From: Octopus sinensis
Lineage: Eukaryota
Direction: 5' to 3'
Length of the DNA stretch: 64,000 bases
Assembly: GCF_006345805.1 (NCBI RefSeq)
Contig: NC_043009.1
Coordinates: forward strand, 59,768,001-59,832,000
Shown: piece after piece, positions 1 through 12,980 of the stretch
How positions within the stretch are numbered: position 1 is the first letter of the stretch
Layout: each line of letters opens with the position of its first letter
Position numbers and translations under genes: made by a program
Notes under the pieces: generated by a model
Database searches by the model: none
What the model saw: only the letters and a program-made list of their open reading frames with translations
Told to the model about the DNA's origin: nothing

Positions 1-411
1 TATATTTATTTAATTATTGTTTTTTTTTATTGTTCTTACATGTTGATGCCAAATCTCTTTACATTCTACATAGAATTTAGAAATTTGGTTTGGTTTGATC
101 AAGTCTTTAAATGAGTCAAGAACAAAAATATTATATCGTTATTGTTTCCCAAACAACCAAAAACTGTGAATAACTGGGGGGGGGGGATTATTGACCATTT
201 TTCTTTTAGTGACCTTTTTTTTATATTTCAAAAAAAAAATGTAATAAAAATTAAAAAAAACAAATATTTCTAATAGTAATATATTTTATGAATTTGTAAA
301 CCTAAGATCAATGTGGTGGGCATCTATCAAGGGAGGTTGACTATTCTTTCTGGTGATCAAGTTTGCATCCTACTTCTGAGTCTGACAGCAAGCTCTCAAA
401 GATGTTAATGT

Positions 412-448
<37 letters not shown>

Positions 449-530
449 TTAGCACCCACTCGCATATATGTGGCTGTTTTAGTACACACACACACATATA
501 TACATGTATGTCTGTGTGTGCATATATATG

Positions 531-734
531 CAGGGTGTCCCAGAAGTTGCGTACCACTGGGATTTTTTAAAAGAATACACCGTTATTGATTTCAAAAACA
601 CTATTGAAATTAACCGCAACAAATGCTCGAATTGAGCTCCCTCTACGATAAAACATGCAGAAAAAATATAATAAAATAAAATGCTTTAATTATTTTTAAG
701 GAAAACCAGAATGGTGCACGACTTCTAGGACACC

Positions 735-737
<3 letters not shown>
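531..737. mobile_element. Tc1/mariner-type MITE
   Basis: Imperfect about 28-bp TIRs, CAGGGTGTCCCAGAAGTTGCGTACCA / rc CAGGGTGTCCTAGAAGTCGTGCACCA; TA at right flank, inside (TA)n. Confidence 0.8.
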
Positions 738-776
<39 letters not shown>

Positions 777-2149
777 GAGTGGCTCCTCATTTCCAAGTAT
801 TTCTTTTTTCTTTTGTATTTCCTCATTTATGTCAGTGCCTCTGGTCACTGTCAAAACCAATTTTTCTTGGAACAATTATCCATAAAAGGTCACATCAGAT
901 GGCCTTCTGGAGGACTAGAGTCAGCTCATCTTTTTTTCATAGCCATTCGTCTCTTACCTTTCTTTGACAATGTTCTTCAAAATGTTCTTGACCATGGCTC
1001 TGGCTAAAATTCAGTATCTATGATCCATGTTAACATTCTCCATTTAAACTTGACTCTTTGTTCTAGAGTCTGTGGCCTTTGCTAAAGTAACAGGCTTTAA
1101 AACTTTAGCCTTTGTTAAAATTTGATACCACAGAAGAACAAGCTAAACAACAACAAAACCAACTGATTATAGACAAAGGTTACTGTTCTAGTTTTTATAT
1201 CTGCTTTAAAGATGTTGATCTAGCCAAAATATGTTTTCTATATTTCGATTGTTTTGTTCTTCTTTTATTCTATTCTATTTTATTTTGTTTTGGTTTTGAG
1301 CTAAATATTGTCATCAGGATTATAGAATAAAATTTGATTTTTAGTAAGAGACATTCATTTGACTTTAGCTATGTGAATCTCAAAAATGTTTGCTCAAAAA
1401 TGTTACTTTTAGGTACTTTTAGATAGATGTTGTGACTCAAACTAAAATATTTTTTCTATTTTATTTTATTTATGCTTTATTTTTACTAAAGTTAGATCAC
1501 ATTTTGAGAAATTTTATGGTTGAAAAGTGAACTTTTTAGCATTTAAACTGGACATCTAGAGCCCATGTGTTCTGGCAGTTTTATGTTCAAACTGGCCAAA
1601 TCTGACCACATCTAGCCTACAATGTCACTGTAAAAATTAACAATCACATCATTGAAATCTCAAAGCTGCAATAAAATATGATTAATTCAATACAGTGGGA
1701 ATAAATAACTATTATATTTGGCTGAACAATTAGAATGAGACAAAAAACCTAAGAAAACTTCCTGAATAAAAATGGTTGTAGAATTGGGTTTTAAACTCAG
1801 GGGTATTGAGTATGAAGAATATGGTTACATTTTGATGCAGTGTCAGGTACTGCAGTGGGGTGGAGGTACCAGTGGGAGAATTAATGCATCTGTTGCCATC
1901 TGTTGGATTTTCAAAGATGTCAAGGCAAATGAAACAATTTTAGGTGAAGGATTAGCACAAGGAGATATATTGTGGGGGTGTTGATTAGTTTTATAGTTCT
2001 GTCTCAATCGAAGACTTGATCAAATGACTATCCCCTAAATTTTCATCAGCCCCAGTTATGTAGGCTCACATTGTCTAATGCATCTTTCATTACTGTTCCC
2101 AGAGGTCTGACAGACCTAAGATCAAAACTATTCCAATCCTAACCATCCT

Positions 2150-2290
2150 ACACTTCTATATTTAAGAGATGAGGAATTATGTACATTATTTACAATTGAT
2201 GGATATTTCTCCTCATCTTGTTTGTTGTTAACACAACGTTTCGGCTGATATACCCTCCAGCCCTCATCAGGTGTCTTGGGGAAATTTCGG
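2150..2290 (-). mobile_element. 5'-truncated inverted copy of the same element, head-to-head with 2292-2545
   Basis: About 2185-2288 is the reverse complement of about 2433-2545. Confidence 0.8.
2230..2275 (-). ncRNA. Minimal type I hammerhead ribozyme motif, intact core
   Basis: Minus strand: GACAC (stem I)-CUGAUGA-G-GGCUG gagggtatat CAGCC (stem II)-GAAAC-GUU-GUGUU (stem I'); palindromic ACGU stem III. Confidence 0.7.
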
Positions 2291-2291
2291 A

Positions 2292-2545
2292 CGGGCATAT
2301 GGCATAGTGGTTAAGAGCATGGGCTACAAACCCCAAGATTCCAAGTTCGATCCCAGGCAGTGACCTGAATAATAATAATAATAATAATAACAACGACATT
2401 GAAAAATACCTTAGGAATGAGAACCCAGGTTCAAAATTTCCCCAAGACACCTAATGAAGGCTGGAGGGTGTATCAGCCGAAACGTATTGACAACAAACAA
2501 GATGAGGACAAATATCCATCAATTGTAAATTATGTACATAATATA
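2292..2545 (+). mobile_element. tRNA-headed SINE-like element with (AAT)n linker and hammerhead-bearing 3' part
   Basis: A-box-like TGGCATAGTGG, B-box-like AGTTCGATCCC, (AAT)n, then a body containing GACAC-CTAATGA-AGGCTG..CAGCC-GAAAC-GTA. Confidence 0.7.
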
Positions 2546-3951
2546 TCTAACCATCCTGTCAATTTGTTAAGACATAGTATATCTAGGGTTACATTGTCCA
2601 CTGTATTCTCCCCTGATTTTGTTGTTTAACACCAGGCCAATCATGCTGTTGTGGGCCAATAATAATAATAGGTATTGCAAGTCTTCTGTTCAGAAATTGT
2701 CAAGTATATTAATTAACAGAGTATATTAATTAACATTTCCTTTCTTGTTGTTATTGTTTAACAATCAGTCCAGTCCTAATCTAACAGTTTTTTATCATCA
2801 AAGGTTTCCCAACCAAACCAAACCAAACCAAACCAAACCTTTTTTTTGTTTGTTTGTTTGTTTTTTCAGTCTTATTATAGCTAGTATTATAGTATTCAAT
2901 ATATCCTCCATTTTTAAGACAGTACAGTGTAATTAGCTGCCACTTTTAGCAGATCAAGTGATCAAGTAGAAGCTGCCTTAGTAATTCATAAATTCATGGT
3001 GGTTGGGGGTGGGGCATTTTTTTTTTTTTTCTTTTTGTAATGATAAAACTGAACCAAAACTGGACTCTTTGAGCAGCTGGTTACTTCAAAGACATTTCTT
3101 TTCTCAGAAAAAAAGCATTCCGTAAGGGCTGTGTGTGCGTGTGTGTGAGTGTACATGTGTGTATGTATGTGTGTGTGCATGTGTGTGTATATGTGTTAAT
3201 ACATTTTAATACCTTTTTATTACCCTCTGCCTTTTCATTTTGATCTTTACGAAAGTTTATAAGCATATATATATATATATTATATATACACACACCTGTA
3301 CATATATATTTATATATGCAAATGTATATACGTGTGTGTGTGTGTGTGTGTGCATATATATATATATATTTATATATATACACATACACTCACATATACA
3401 TATATATGCACATATACATGTATATATGTACATATGTATATATATACATATATATATTATTGAAATGTTAAATACACTACAGTGTCGCCATCTATTGATC
3501 ATCCAACCCTCTGCATGTCTTAATATATCATCACCTCCTTCACTTCCCCCACACATCCTCCACCTTCACCTCTTTTACCTGCCACTTTTTTCTTGTATTT
3601 TTTATTTATTTATTTATTTTCTTGACCTCATCTTCATGTCGTTATCGTCGTCGCCACCACCACCACCACCACCACCATCACCCTCTCACTTTATTTCACG
3701 TCAAAACTTGCACCCGTCATCTTTGTATCGGTCGTCACTTTGTCATCACCGTCATTGCTGTTGTCGTTGTTAGCTATGCACCCGCACCTCTTTCAAACTT
3801 TTTTCTAAGCACTTGTTAATCTTTTTTATATAGTGACCATCACCTGAGAATTCAAGTCTAATTGTAGACAGACTCTCTCACCAAACCTTATTTGATATTA
3901 TCACATTTCACCTTTTTCTTCTCCTGCTTCTTATAATTATATATATATATA

Positions 3952-3996
<45 letters not shown>

Positions 3997-4675
3997 TACT
4001 GGTATTGCCTTTTCTCTGATGTTGTTCTCATTAATTATTTCTGTCATTTTCTGAGGTTTAGTTTTGTTTGCTTTTGTTTCATTTTGGGGAGGGTTACATT
4101 ACTATAGCTATTCTTTTTTTAGCATTATTATTAGTATTATTATTATTGTGAAGGCACATGGCTCAGTGGTTAGAGCGTCGAGCTTACAATCATGAGGTTG
4201 TGAGTTCGAATTCCAGACCAGGCTGCGTGTTGTGTTCTTGAGCAAGACATTTTATTTCACATTGCTCCAGTTCACTCAGGTGCCAAGCTGTATCGGCCCC
4301 TTTGCCTTTCCCTTGGATAACACTGGTGGTGTGGAGAGGGGAGGCTGGTATGCATGGGTGACTGCTGATCTTCCATAAACAACCTTACCCGGACTTGTGC
4401 CTGGGAGGGTAACTTTCGAGGTGCAATTCCATGGTCAGGCATGGCCGAAGGGGGTTTCATTATTATTATTATTATTATCAAAGGTGGTGGTCAGCAACTT
4501 GGCAGAATTGTTAGCATGCCGCCAAAATGCTTAGGGGCATGTCATCTGTCTTTATGTTCTGAGTTCAAATTTTGACCTAGGGTCGATAAAATTAGTAGCA
4601 GTCAAGCATTGGAGTTGATGTAATTGACTTACACTTCTCTTCTGATCATTCTGCTCTTGTGGCAAAATTTGAAAC

Positions 4676-4715
<40 letters not shown>

Positions 4716-6536
4716 GAGTGAGAGAGCAGTGCATGCCATCAAAGTGACACTGGGATAAAATATACGAAGCCCAGTATACCCATCATGACTACCCATCTGA
4801 ACACTGACAGAGGTATTAATGTAATCAATCACCAACCCGCCAAAATTGCTGGCTTTGTGCTAAAATTAGAAAGAATTATTAATATTCTGCCACTGCTACT
4901 ACTAGTTTCACTAAGTAACTGTCATATACTGGGGTTATTTACTAGAATCTATTTTTATCTTCAACATTCAGTTTTCTGCTTAAGAGAAATTAAATCAATA
5001 GAAATCATTATTGATCAGCACTTGCTCATCAATTTTGGCTCTCCAGTTCTGAATTGAAATTCTACTAGAATTTTCCTTTCAGTTTTCCTTCTACTACCAT
5101 CGCCGCTATTATATCTTCTTCACAAGGGTCAGACACTCCCTGATATCAAAATCAGCTTCAAATCTTTTTCTGTTTCGTTCTTTTTCTCCTTCTTTTATCA
5201 TTACTAATATCATTATTATTATTATTATTATTATTTTCACTTTTATTTTCATTTTATTCTGGGAGAGTTTCTAAAATGGTATCCTTTTATTCCGCCCCCC
5301 CCCCCTACTGACATAACTATTTCTGGTTTACATTTATTTTTTTTCCTTTCAGTTCTCAGTTTCTCTTGTAATTTTCAGCCTCTTATAACAAATCTCTTTC
5401 AGTTACAGTTCCCCTTTTTCGTTTATAATCTTTCCAATACGACCACCCTGCCTGGAACATCCATACCGAAATGTCCATATTTAAGCTATAATTATAATTG
5501 TCATTACATTAACGATGATATTAGGAGATTTCAGTTGGTCCAATCAATATTTATATGTTGATTTATGTATACACCTAACAATACTTAAGTTAGAGATAGT
5601 CGTGACCGTAATTCCACCTGTGTGGAATTGTGGTCATAAAAGTCTTTATTTTTTCAGAGACTTGCTGACTTTATTTACATAAATTCTTAACATTTTCTCA
5701 ATATTTTCAGTCACATTAACCTTTATAAATATTCTTGTTTCAATATTCAACAAGAGTTGACCATTTAACTTCAGGAGGCTTTTATTACCTGAGGTCAATA
5801 AAATAAAAGTACCAGCCAATTACTGGACATCAGTATAATTACTCAGTCTCTCCTCTCGAATTTCTAAATTTGTGCCTCTGTAAAAATGGTGAGATGGTGC
5901 ATTGCTCAAATCATTAGCGCATCTTACAGAATAATTTGAAGTAATTGTTCTGACCCATTACATGCTGAGTTCAAATTCCACTTGGGTCAGTTTTGTCATT
6001 TATTCTTTTACAAATGATAAAAGGATGGTCAAATATTGGTGGTGGGTGGAAGGGGTCAGTTTGATCAAAGTCATTATACGTGTGTCCCCTGCAAAAGTTA
6101 GCCATCATTTGGGGCCAGAGTAAGGAAACCAACTGGTGTGAAACTTTGGTTACGATTCAGTGCTTAAGGAGGGCAAGACATGAACTTTTAACATTACTGT
6201 TTGGTGTTTGCTACCCTGGCCAATAAACCAGCTGTGGTCATTTTGAAAACATATTGTGATACAAGAAAAATTCTTTACAAGTTAATAAAATTACTTAAAC
6301 CCATTTAAAAACATTTTCTTTTTTTTTTTAGAATTTCATTTTCTGTTTACTTAGGATTAATATCGTTTAATTTAACCCTTTTCCCTTCTTTTTTTACACT
6401 CAATTTTTTTTTTTTTTCTGTTTATATGCAAAAAAAAAATTAATTTCATTTTTCTTTTTTTTTTTTTTTTTTCTTTTTTCTTTTTCTACCTACCTTATTT
6501 TTCTGGATTCCTCTCTGCAGAAAACCAAAAATATCT

Positions 6537-6570
<34 letters not shown>

Positions 6571-7127
6571 TTTCTTCATTTAGCATTTTATTCTCTCTCA
6601 GATGGAAATAGTCAGCATTTTAAGAACCAGAGCCAATTTCTTATTTAAAAAATTTTTTTTTTTTTCATAAATTCTAAATCTAATTTTATAGCTTTTAATT
6701 TTTGCCAGTTCCCTTTTTGCATTTTCTTTTTGGATTTTTGTTCTTTAATTTCATTATTAAATTTATGTTTATTATTTTTTAATCTCTCTTAATTTCTGAT
6801 ATCTTGTGCATATGCGATGCCATGCAATAATATGAACTCTTTCATTGCAGTTTTTAATGTAATATTGCTTTTATTAAATTTAATATTCGGTATATATATC
6901 TGTCTATGCTATCTATCTGTCTGTCTATCTATCTATCTATCCCTCTATCTACCTACTTGTCTATCTGTATGTCTGTCTGTCTATCTATATCTATCTATCT
7001 ATCTATCTATCTATCTGTATGTTTATCCAACTATCTATTTATCTAACTGTCTGTCTGTTTGTCTGTCTATCTTTCATGCTATTTGTCTATGTACATGTAA
7101 TGTCTGCTTGTCTAGGTCACTTTTCTC

Positions 7128-7217
<90 letters not shown>

Positions 7218-7844
7218 AACATATATATATATATATATTATATATATATATAACCTAAGGATATTGTTTCCGTTATGAATTGTTCTGCCGCATTATTTCA
7301 TTTTTTTTTTTTTCTCCATCTTTTACTGTTAAAAATAATTTCCCTTCTATGCGTCTCTTGTATTGTATTCTCATTTTACCGTTTTGTTGTGAAAGAATTT
7401 GATCTTTACTCTTGCATGGAATTATGTTTTTTTAACTTGATAAATTCTTTAATGTTGTACAGCAAGGGTGAACATTGATTGAAAAAAAAAAAGGTGAGAG
7501 TGATTAAAAGGAATTGTGACAAAGGTGTATACGTGTGAGGGTGCGTGTGTGTGTGTGAGAGAGAGAGAGAGAGACTGGGAGAAGAATACAAGACAAGATT
7601 GAGAAAGTGTGCTGTAAGACTGAGAGAGAGACAGGTAAAAAAGAAATTGGTGTTATTCTGTCTTGATTACTAATTAGTCATTCTATTTTACCTTCATGGT
7701 TTCTCAGGTAAAACTAGAATGGAGAATGTAGGCCTTCGCTTCACATAGATCTACGTGATATGACACTAGAAAGTTCATATGACTTCCTAGTATGGTCTAG
7801 GAAGTCATATTGAGATCAATGATAATTTGTTATCAAATAAAAGG

Positions 7845-8249
7845 GCACCATTCAAGTACGATCGTTACCAGCGTCACCTTACTGGCACTTGTGCATGTGC
7901 TAGTAGGGTGCTAATCCGAGCATGATCATTGCCAAAGCAGCCAACTGGCTTCCATACCCGTGGCACGTAAAAGGGCACCATTCGAGCATGATCGTTACCA
8001 ATGTCGTTTCACTGGCACCTCTGCCAGTGGCACATGTAAAAAGATTCGAGCGTGGTCATTGCCAGTACTGCCTGACTGGCACCCATGCCAGTGGCATCGG
8101 AGTGGTTGGCATTAGGAAGGGCATCCAGCTGTAGAAACTCTGCCAGATCAAGATTGAAAGCCTGGTGCAGCCATCTGGTTCACCAGCCCTCAGTCAAAAT
8201 CGTCCAACCCATGCTAGCATGGAAAGCAGACGTTAAAGGATGATGATGA
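7845..8249 (+). mobile_element. SINE-like repeat family D (my label) with (GAT)n tail
   Basis: gtggttggcattaggaagggcatccagctgtagaaactctgcc...aacccatgctagcatggaaagcagacgttaaa(gat)n. Other copies at about 17828-18215, 30190-30950, 50185-50518, 60365-60670, 61880-62082, 62218-62752. Confidence 0.8.
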
Positions 8250-9224
8250 ATCATATAGAATCCTGCTTAAAGTCTACAAGCAACACTTGAGTCAAGAATA
8301 AGGTTTCAATTCTCCAGGTGCTTACTCTGACGTTTTACCTTGTTTGATTGTAAAAAAGGGCATAATTGTCCTAGAATCACACATCAAGCATAAGCCTACT
8401 TGCTTCAGTATTCCTACCAGACAATCACACTCTATTTGCTTCACAAGTGACTGGTTTGTCAGGAGAATAAATATGAATGTAGCTGTTGGAACAATAATTC
8501 CAGAAATGAGCAAATGAACTGCAGAAAGCGAGGAAGAATTGTGGTTGTCTGCATTTTCGCTTAACATGCCAAAGGCAGCATCCAGATCTCGCTAGAAAAT
8601 TAAACTATACCAGCTTAAAAAGAGGAGACATATGTACATCAAGAATAATGTTGCAGTTCTGAATATAATATACCTTAAATAAGAACAGGAAAACAAAACC
8701 TATGGTACAGGTTCAAAACTTATGTAAGTCATTTTCGATAGATTTGTTCCTTAGGTCAATAATGTTTGTTGTAAGTTAATTACTTGGCGAGAAAAAAACT
8801 GGATGTTGTCAAGCAGTAAGGTTGACTGTAACTATAATGACTTTACTAAACACTTCTAGTGGGGCCAGAAGAACAAGTTGTCAAGGGCTGTCATTTAACC
8901 CTAGGCCAACTCTAATTGAGCAGACTGATGATCACAGACATTCCAGTAATACCATCCCATTTTTTATATATGTATAGACATAGTGTATCTCAGTCCATAT
9001 AACCCAGTGTCTATCGGAGTAGAATGCAATTTGAGGGAGATTTAACTACTAATCCTAGCAGGCTGAACAATCACAGCAAGGGTTTCATTGACTCAACTCT
9101 TAAGAGATAAGAGATAATATATATATATGTATGTATATATATATATATAATGTATGTAATGCAAAGTGCATTGTGACCAGTGATGTATAACACCATCCAG
9201 TGATACTATGATACTGTGATGTAT

Positions 9225-9272
<48 letters not shown>

Positions 9273-9523
9273 TATTATATATTGCTAACTTGTTCTTGTC
9301 TTGTTCCAGACAGACTTTGATCGTATCAGGCTTGTAATGAAAGTCATTCCATCCATGACCTATATGCAGAATTACATTTGGTAGGAAGGTTTGGGATTCT
9401 TAATTACATTTCAACAACTTTGTAGCGGCATTCGGCAAGGTTATATACTACAGTCAGGCTTCTTACATTCTCCACTCTGGTTCATTCTCGTTCCCTTACT
9501 AAACTCAAACGACATCAGTTCAG

Positions 9524-9562
9524 TTTTTAAGCAGCTACCCGTTTATTGTCCCCTTTCAAAAG
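9524..9562 (+). CDS. Candidate 39-nt phase 1-1 cassette microexon of the Fat-like gene (xFKQLPVYCPLSKG)
   Basis: ttcag acceptor at 9521-9523 and strong donor AAG|gtaagt at 9563-9568. Length is a multiple of 3, with no stop, and it joins in frame to the phase-1 last exon at 10112. Confidence 0.4.
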
Positions 9563-10019
9563 GTAAGTGACCGGCTGTCATTCCGATGTGTGTGTCACAC
9601 TGTCCTTCTGTTCAGAATTGATGCTGCTGCAGCTGTCGCTATTTATTTTTTTATTGTAATTGTTGTTTTTCTTATTGTTGCTCCCTTGCTCTTTTCAATC
9701 CGCCACTGCTGATGTTGCTGCTGCTGCTACTACGACCCTTTCATTGTCATTTTTTAAAAGTTTACCCCTTACCCCGAAATGTTTCTGTGATGTAAAAAAC
9801 CCCACCCCAACACTATCACCTAATGTTGTTGTTGTTGCAGTTGTTATTATTGTTCTTAGTTTCTTTCTTTCATTTTTTCTTTTCTTTTTTTTTTTTTTTA
9901 CTCCGACCCCTTCCTCATCGGTGATCCTTCTGATTCGCACTGCAGCCTTCCCTCCACGTGTTTAAAATTTTTTTTTTTTTTTACCTTGTTTCGGTTTTTC
10001 TTTGTCTCTCTCTCTCTCA

Positions 10020-10055
<36 letters not shown>

Positions 10056-10111
10056 GTCACCCTCCAGTTTAAACCGGTGTCCTTTCATTGACGTCCTCTT
10101 CCTCATTTCAG

Positions 10112-10818
10112 GCTATCATTGGGACACCTCAGACTGGGCGGCTCCACACACCACGTTACCAAACATCAGTGAGGTACCAGTGAAAGAAATTTTGGATTCT
10201 CCAAGCTCCACTCCACAGAGTAACGACTCAAACACGCACGTAGATGATGTCAACGATGCTGATATGGACGATATGGATAATGACTCTGAATATTGCGGGG
10301 ATTACGAATGTGGCGATAACGACGATGACAACAATGCTGCTGACTTCCATCCTGCTGCCAACTTCCACCATTTCCTTGATTTAGCGCCTTATGCCGATGG
10401 GGTCAACGAAGGACCCCAGCGGTTCCATCCTAACTTCATGCCGGACTTCGACCAGCCACCTGGTGGTGCTGCCCTCGACAACTGGCCAGCTCCACCGGGC
10501 GCTGAAAACGGCAACCAGCCTCCACATAGTGATGAAGAGGAGAACAGCGAGAGGTGCCGGTTGCGGCGTCACCTGCGTAGGGGTGCCGCTCTCGCCAGGT
10601 ACCCTCCACTTGATGCCAGCGACTATGAACATTCAACGGCAGCAATGGCGGACGACATGAGTGTGTCGGTGGGCGGCTGTACATCGACGAATGTCTCTTG
10701 CTCCGACATTTCTGGACTCTGTGACATTGATGACAGTGATATGAACATAACAGACGAGAGTGACAATGACATCCATCCTGTGAAGTTTAACAGCGCTCAC
10801 CTTCACACCCAAGTGTGA
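10112..10818 (+). CDS. FAT1: Last coding exon (cytoplasmic tail) of a FAT1/2/3-kugelei-type atypical giant cadherin; upstream exons not found in window
   Basis: Pyrimidine tract plus acceptor ctcatttcag|GC TAT CAT TGG (phase 1). Translation GYHWDTSDWAAPHTTLPNISEVP...QRFHPNF...MSVSVGGCTSTNVSCSDISGLCDIDDSD...HLHTQV* matches the recalled FAT1-family tail (GYHWDTSDW..LPDIQE, QRFNLNQY, MSVYASTASCSDVSACCEVES, terminal HTEV). GC-rich island in AT-rich DNA. Symbol denotes family, not 1:1 orthology. Confidence 0.9.
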
Positions 10819-11124
10819 AGTTCTTCGCCTCTTCCTACCCCCATCCTGTGCTCACCTTCACAGCCAGGTGTGAAGTTCTCTTCTTCTTCCTAACATCCCA
10901 GCTCTCTACTTCACATCCAGGTGTAAAAGTTATACATATATATATATAAATATAAATATAAGTATATATATATATAATATATATGCATCTTCCTAATGCC
11001 CCAGCTACAACATTCACAGAAAAACTATGATATAAGAAAAAAATATACAAACTCCTCCCACGACCACCACCACCATCACAAACAAATTAAAAAGACTTGA
11101 AATAAAAATTATACACATTCATAC

Positions 11125-11157
<33 letters not shown>

Positions 11158-12980
11158 GTCACACACAAACACATGTATTTATATATATACACACACATGC
11201 ATATGTATTTATTATATATATATAATATATATATAATATATATAATATATATATATATATATACATATATATGATATATATATATATGTATTTATATACA
11301 TTTTATGCATACACACATTAACTGACTTGGATATAGACAAAAGAATATATGTAACACATACCACTCCAAAAATCAATCCACCTAAACGTGAACATACTAT
11401 TCATGTATGTGTAATTATATGTGTGTATTCATATAAATATATATATATGTGTGTGTGTGTGTATATGTGCATATACAGACAGACATATGAGTAAATGTAC
11501 ATCTATGTCTAAATACTCCTTACCTGCTCCCAATCATATGCACACATACACACACATACACACATACCTATACATAACCATACACACATCCAAATGTAAA
11601 ATTAAAACTTACAGTGGCATCACTTCGGGTCCATTATAAATGGATCTATGCCCTGCCTTCTCAAGCTAGCGATGCCTTTTCCTTTCTAAACTAGGGCCAT
11701 TATACAGCCCCGATGGTTCGAGAAAAAAATTCTTCATTAAATAAATATATTTACCATTTTTTTTTTCTCTCTAAATTTAATTTAATTTCCCATACCCCCA
11801 TCCCCTGACCCTAACCCCTCCAGAAAATGAAAAAAAAAAAAGCTCTCTACCCTTCTCCAGTCCCACATTCCCGCAAAACCCAATCCATGAAACTCCTGAC
11901 TATGAATCATGTTCTTCCTACCATACGCTAGTGCTGAATGGATGTAGAACAAGGGACCTAAAGCATGCAATCTGCTTCCATTGGTGTTATGATTTTTCAA
12001 CAAAACAAAAGGGCAATAGTTTATAATCGAAGAATTTAATGGCATGGCTAGAGAGAAAGAAAGAGTGACAGTGAGAGAGAGGGAATGAGAGATACAGCAT
12101 GAGAAAGAGAGAGATGTATACCATGTGTGTTTGTGAGACAGAGACACAGAGAGAGAGAATGAAAGAAAGAGAGCTGTGATGCGAAAAACAAAAACAACCA
12201 AATAAATGATATTGCATAATTGATGAAAAAGAAAAAGCACCTGTGTATACATACATATATATGTGTATTTATATATCTGTACCTTGTATATATATATATA
12301 ATGTGTGTATGTGTATATATATATATATGATAGTCATAAAATACAGTATACATTTAAACACATGAGGAATCCACTCGTGGGATTCAACACGCTGGAAAGA
12401 ACAGCTAGGTTCTATAACCACAAAATTAGGGATAAAAATTTGACAGGAACAAAATGTGTTTAAATGTACACTGTATTTTATGACTAATACATAGTCTTTG
12501 GACTTAATTTTTACACGTTAGGCCACTGGAAGTGAAAATTTTAATTAATTTCCATTTCCCTTTGATATGATTAAATATTAGATATATATATATACAGACA
12601 TATATACACACATTTATATACACATACATATATATTATATACATGCTGTATGTATATATATATATATAAATGATAATGCATAGACACACACACACACTTA
12701 AATGCTTAAATATATACACATGTATATGTATAGGTATTATTTGGTATTGAGGTATTGATAGTCAACTTGTAGAAATCAAAAGAAAATTTTTAAAAACCAT
12801 TTCCTCACAGTGGAACACAACCTAGTTTTGTAGAGAATAATTTGCTATTAACAGTGAGCTGATTGAGACTTACGTTGCCACTTTTTGGCTGGTTCAGTAA
12901 GCCTTCTAAAGTAAAACTTAATGTCCCAATCAACTCCATATATATAAACATATAAATGTGTACAAGTATATATATATATA

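Noticed and set aside
4150-4225. tRNA-like sequences here and at 2292, 21800, 27436, 42563 and 59542
   Set aside because: A/B boxes run straight into SINE bodies; no complete cloverleaf with acceptor stem, so not called tRNA genes.
6400-6640. Long poly-T tracts with AG acceptors (6520, 6602) as possible further Fat exons
   Set aside because: No matching donor or Fat-like translation found downstream.
8322-8567. 81-aa ORF in non-repetitive-looking sequence
   Set aside because: Non-ATG start, no recognisable motif in the frames I translated; probably an old repeat remnant.
9958-10111. N-terminal part of the 286-aa ORF, resembling a signal peptide
   Set aside because: It is the intronic poly-T/(CT)n pyrimidine tract; homology starts at the acceptor at 10112.
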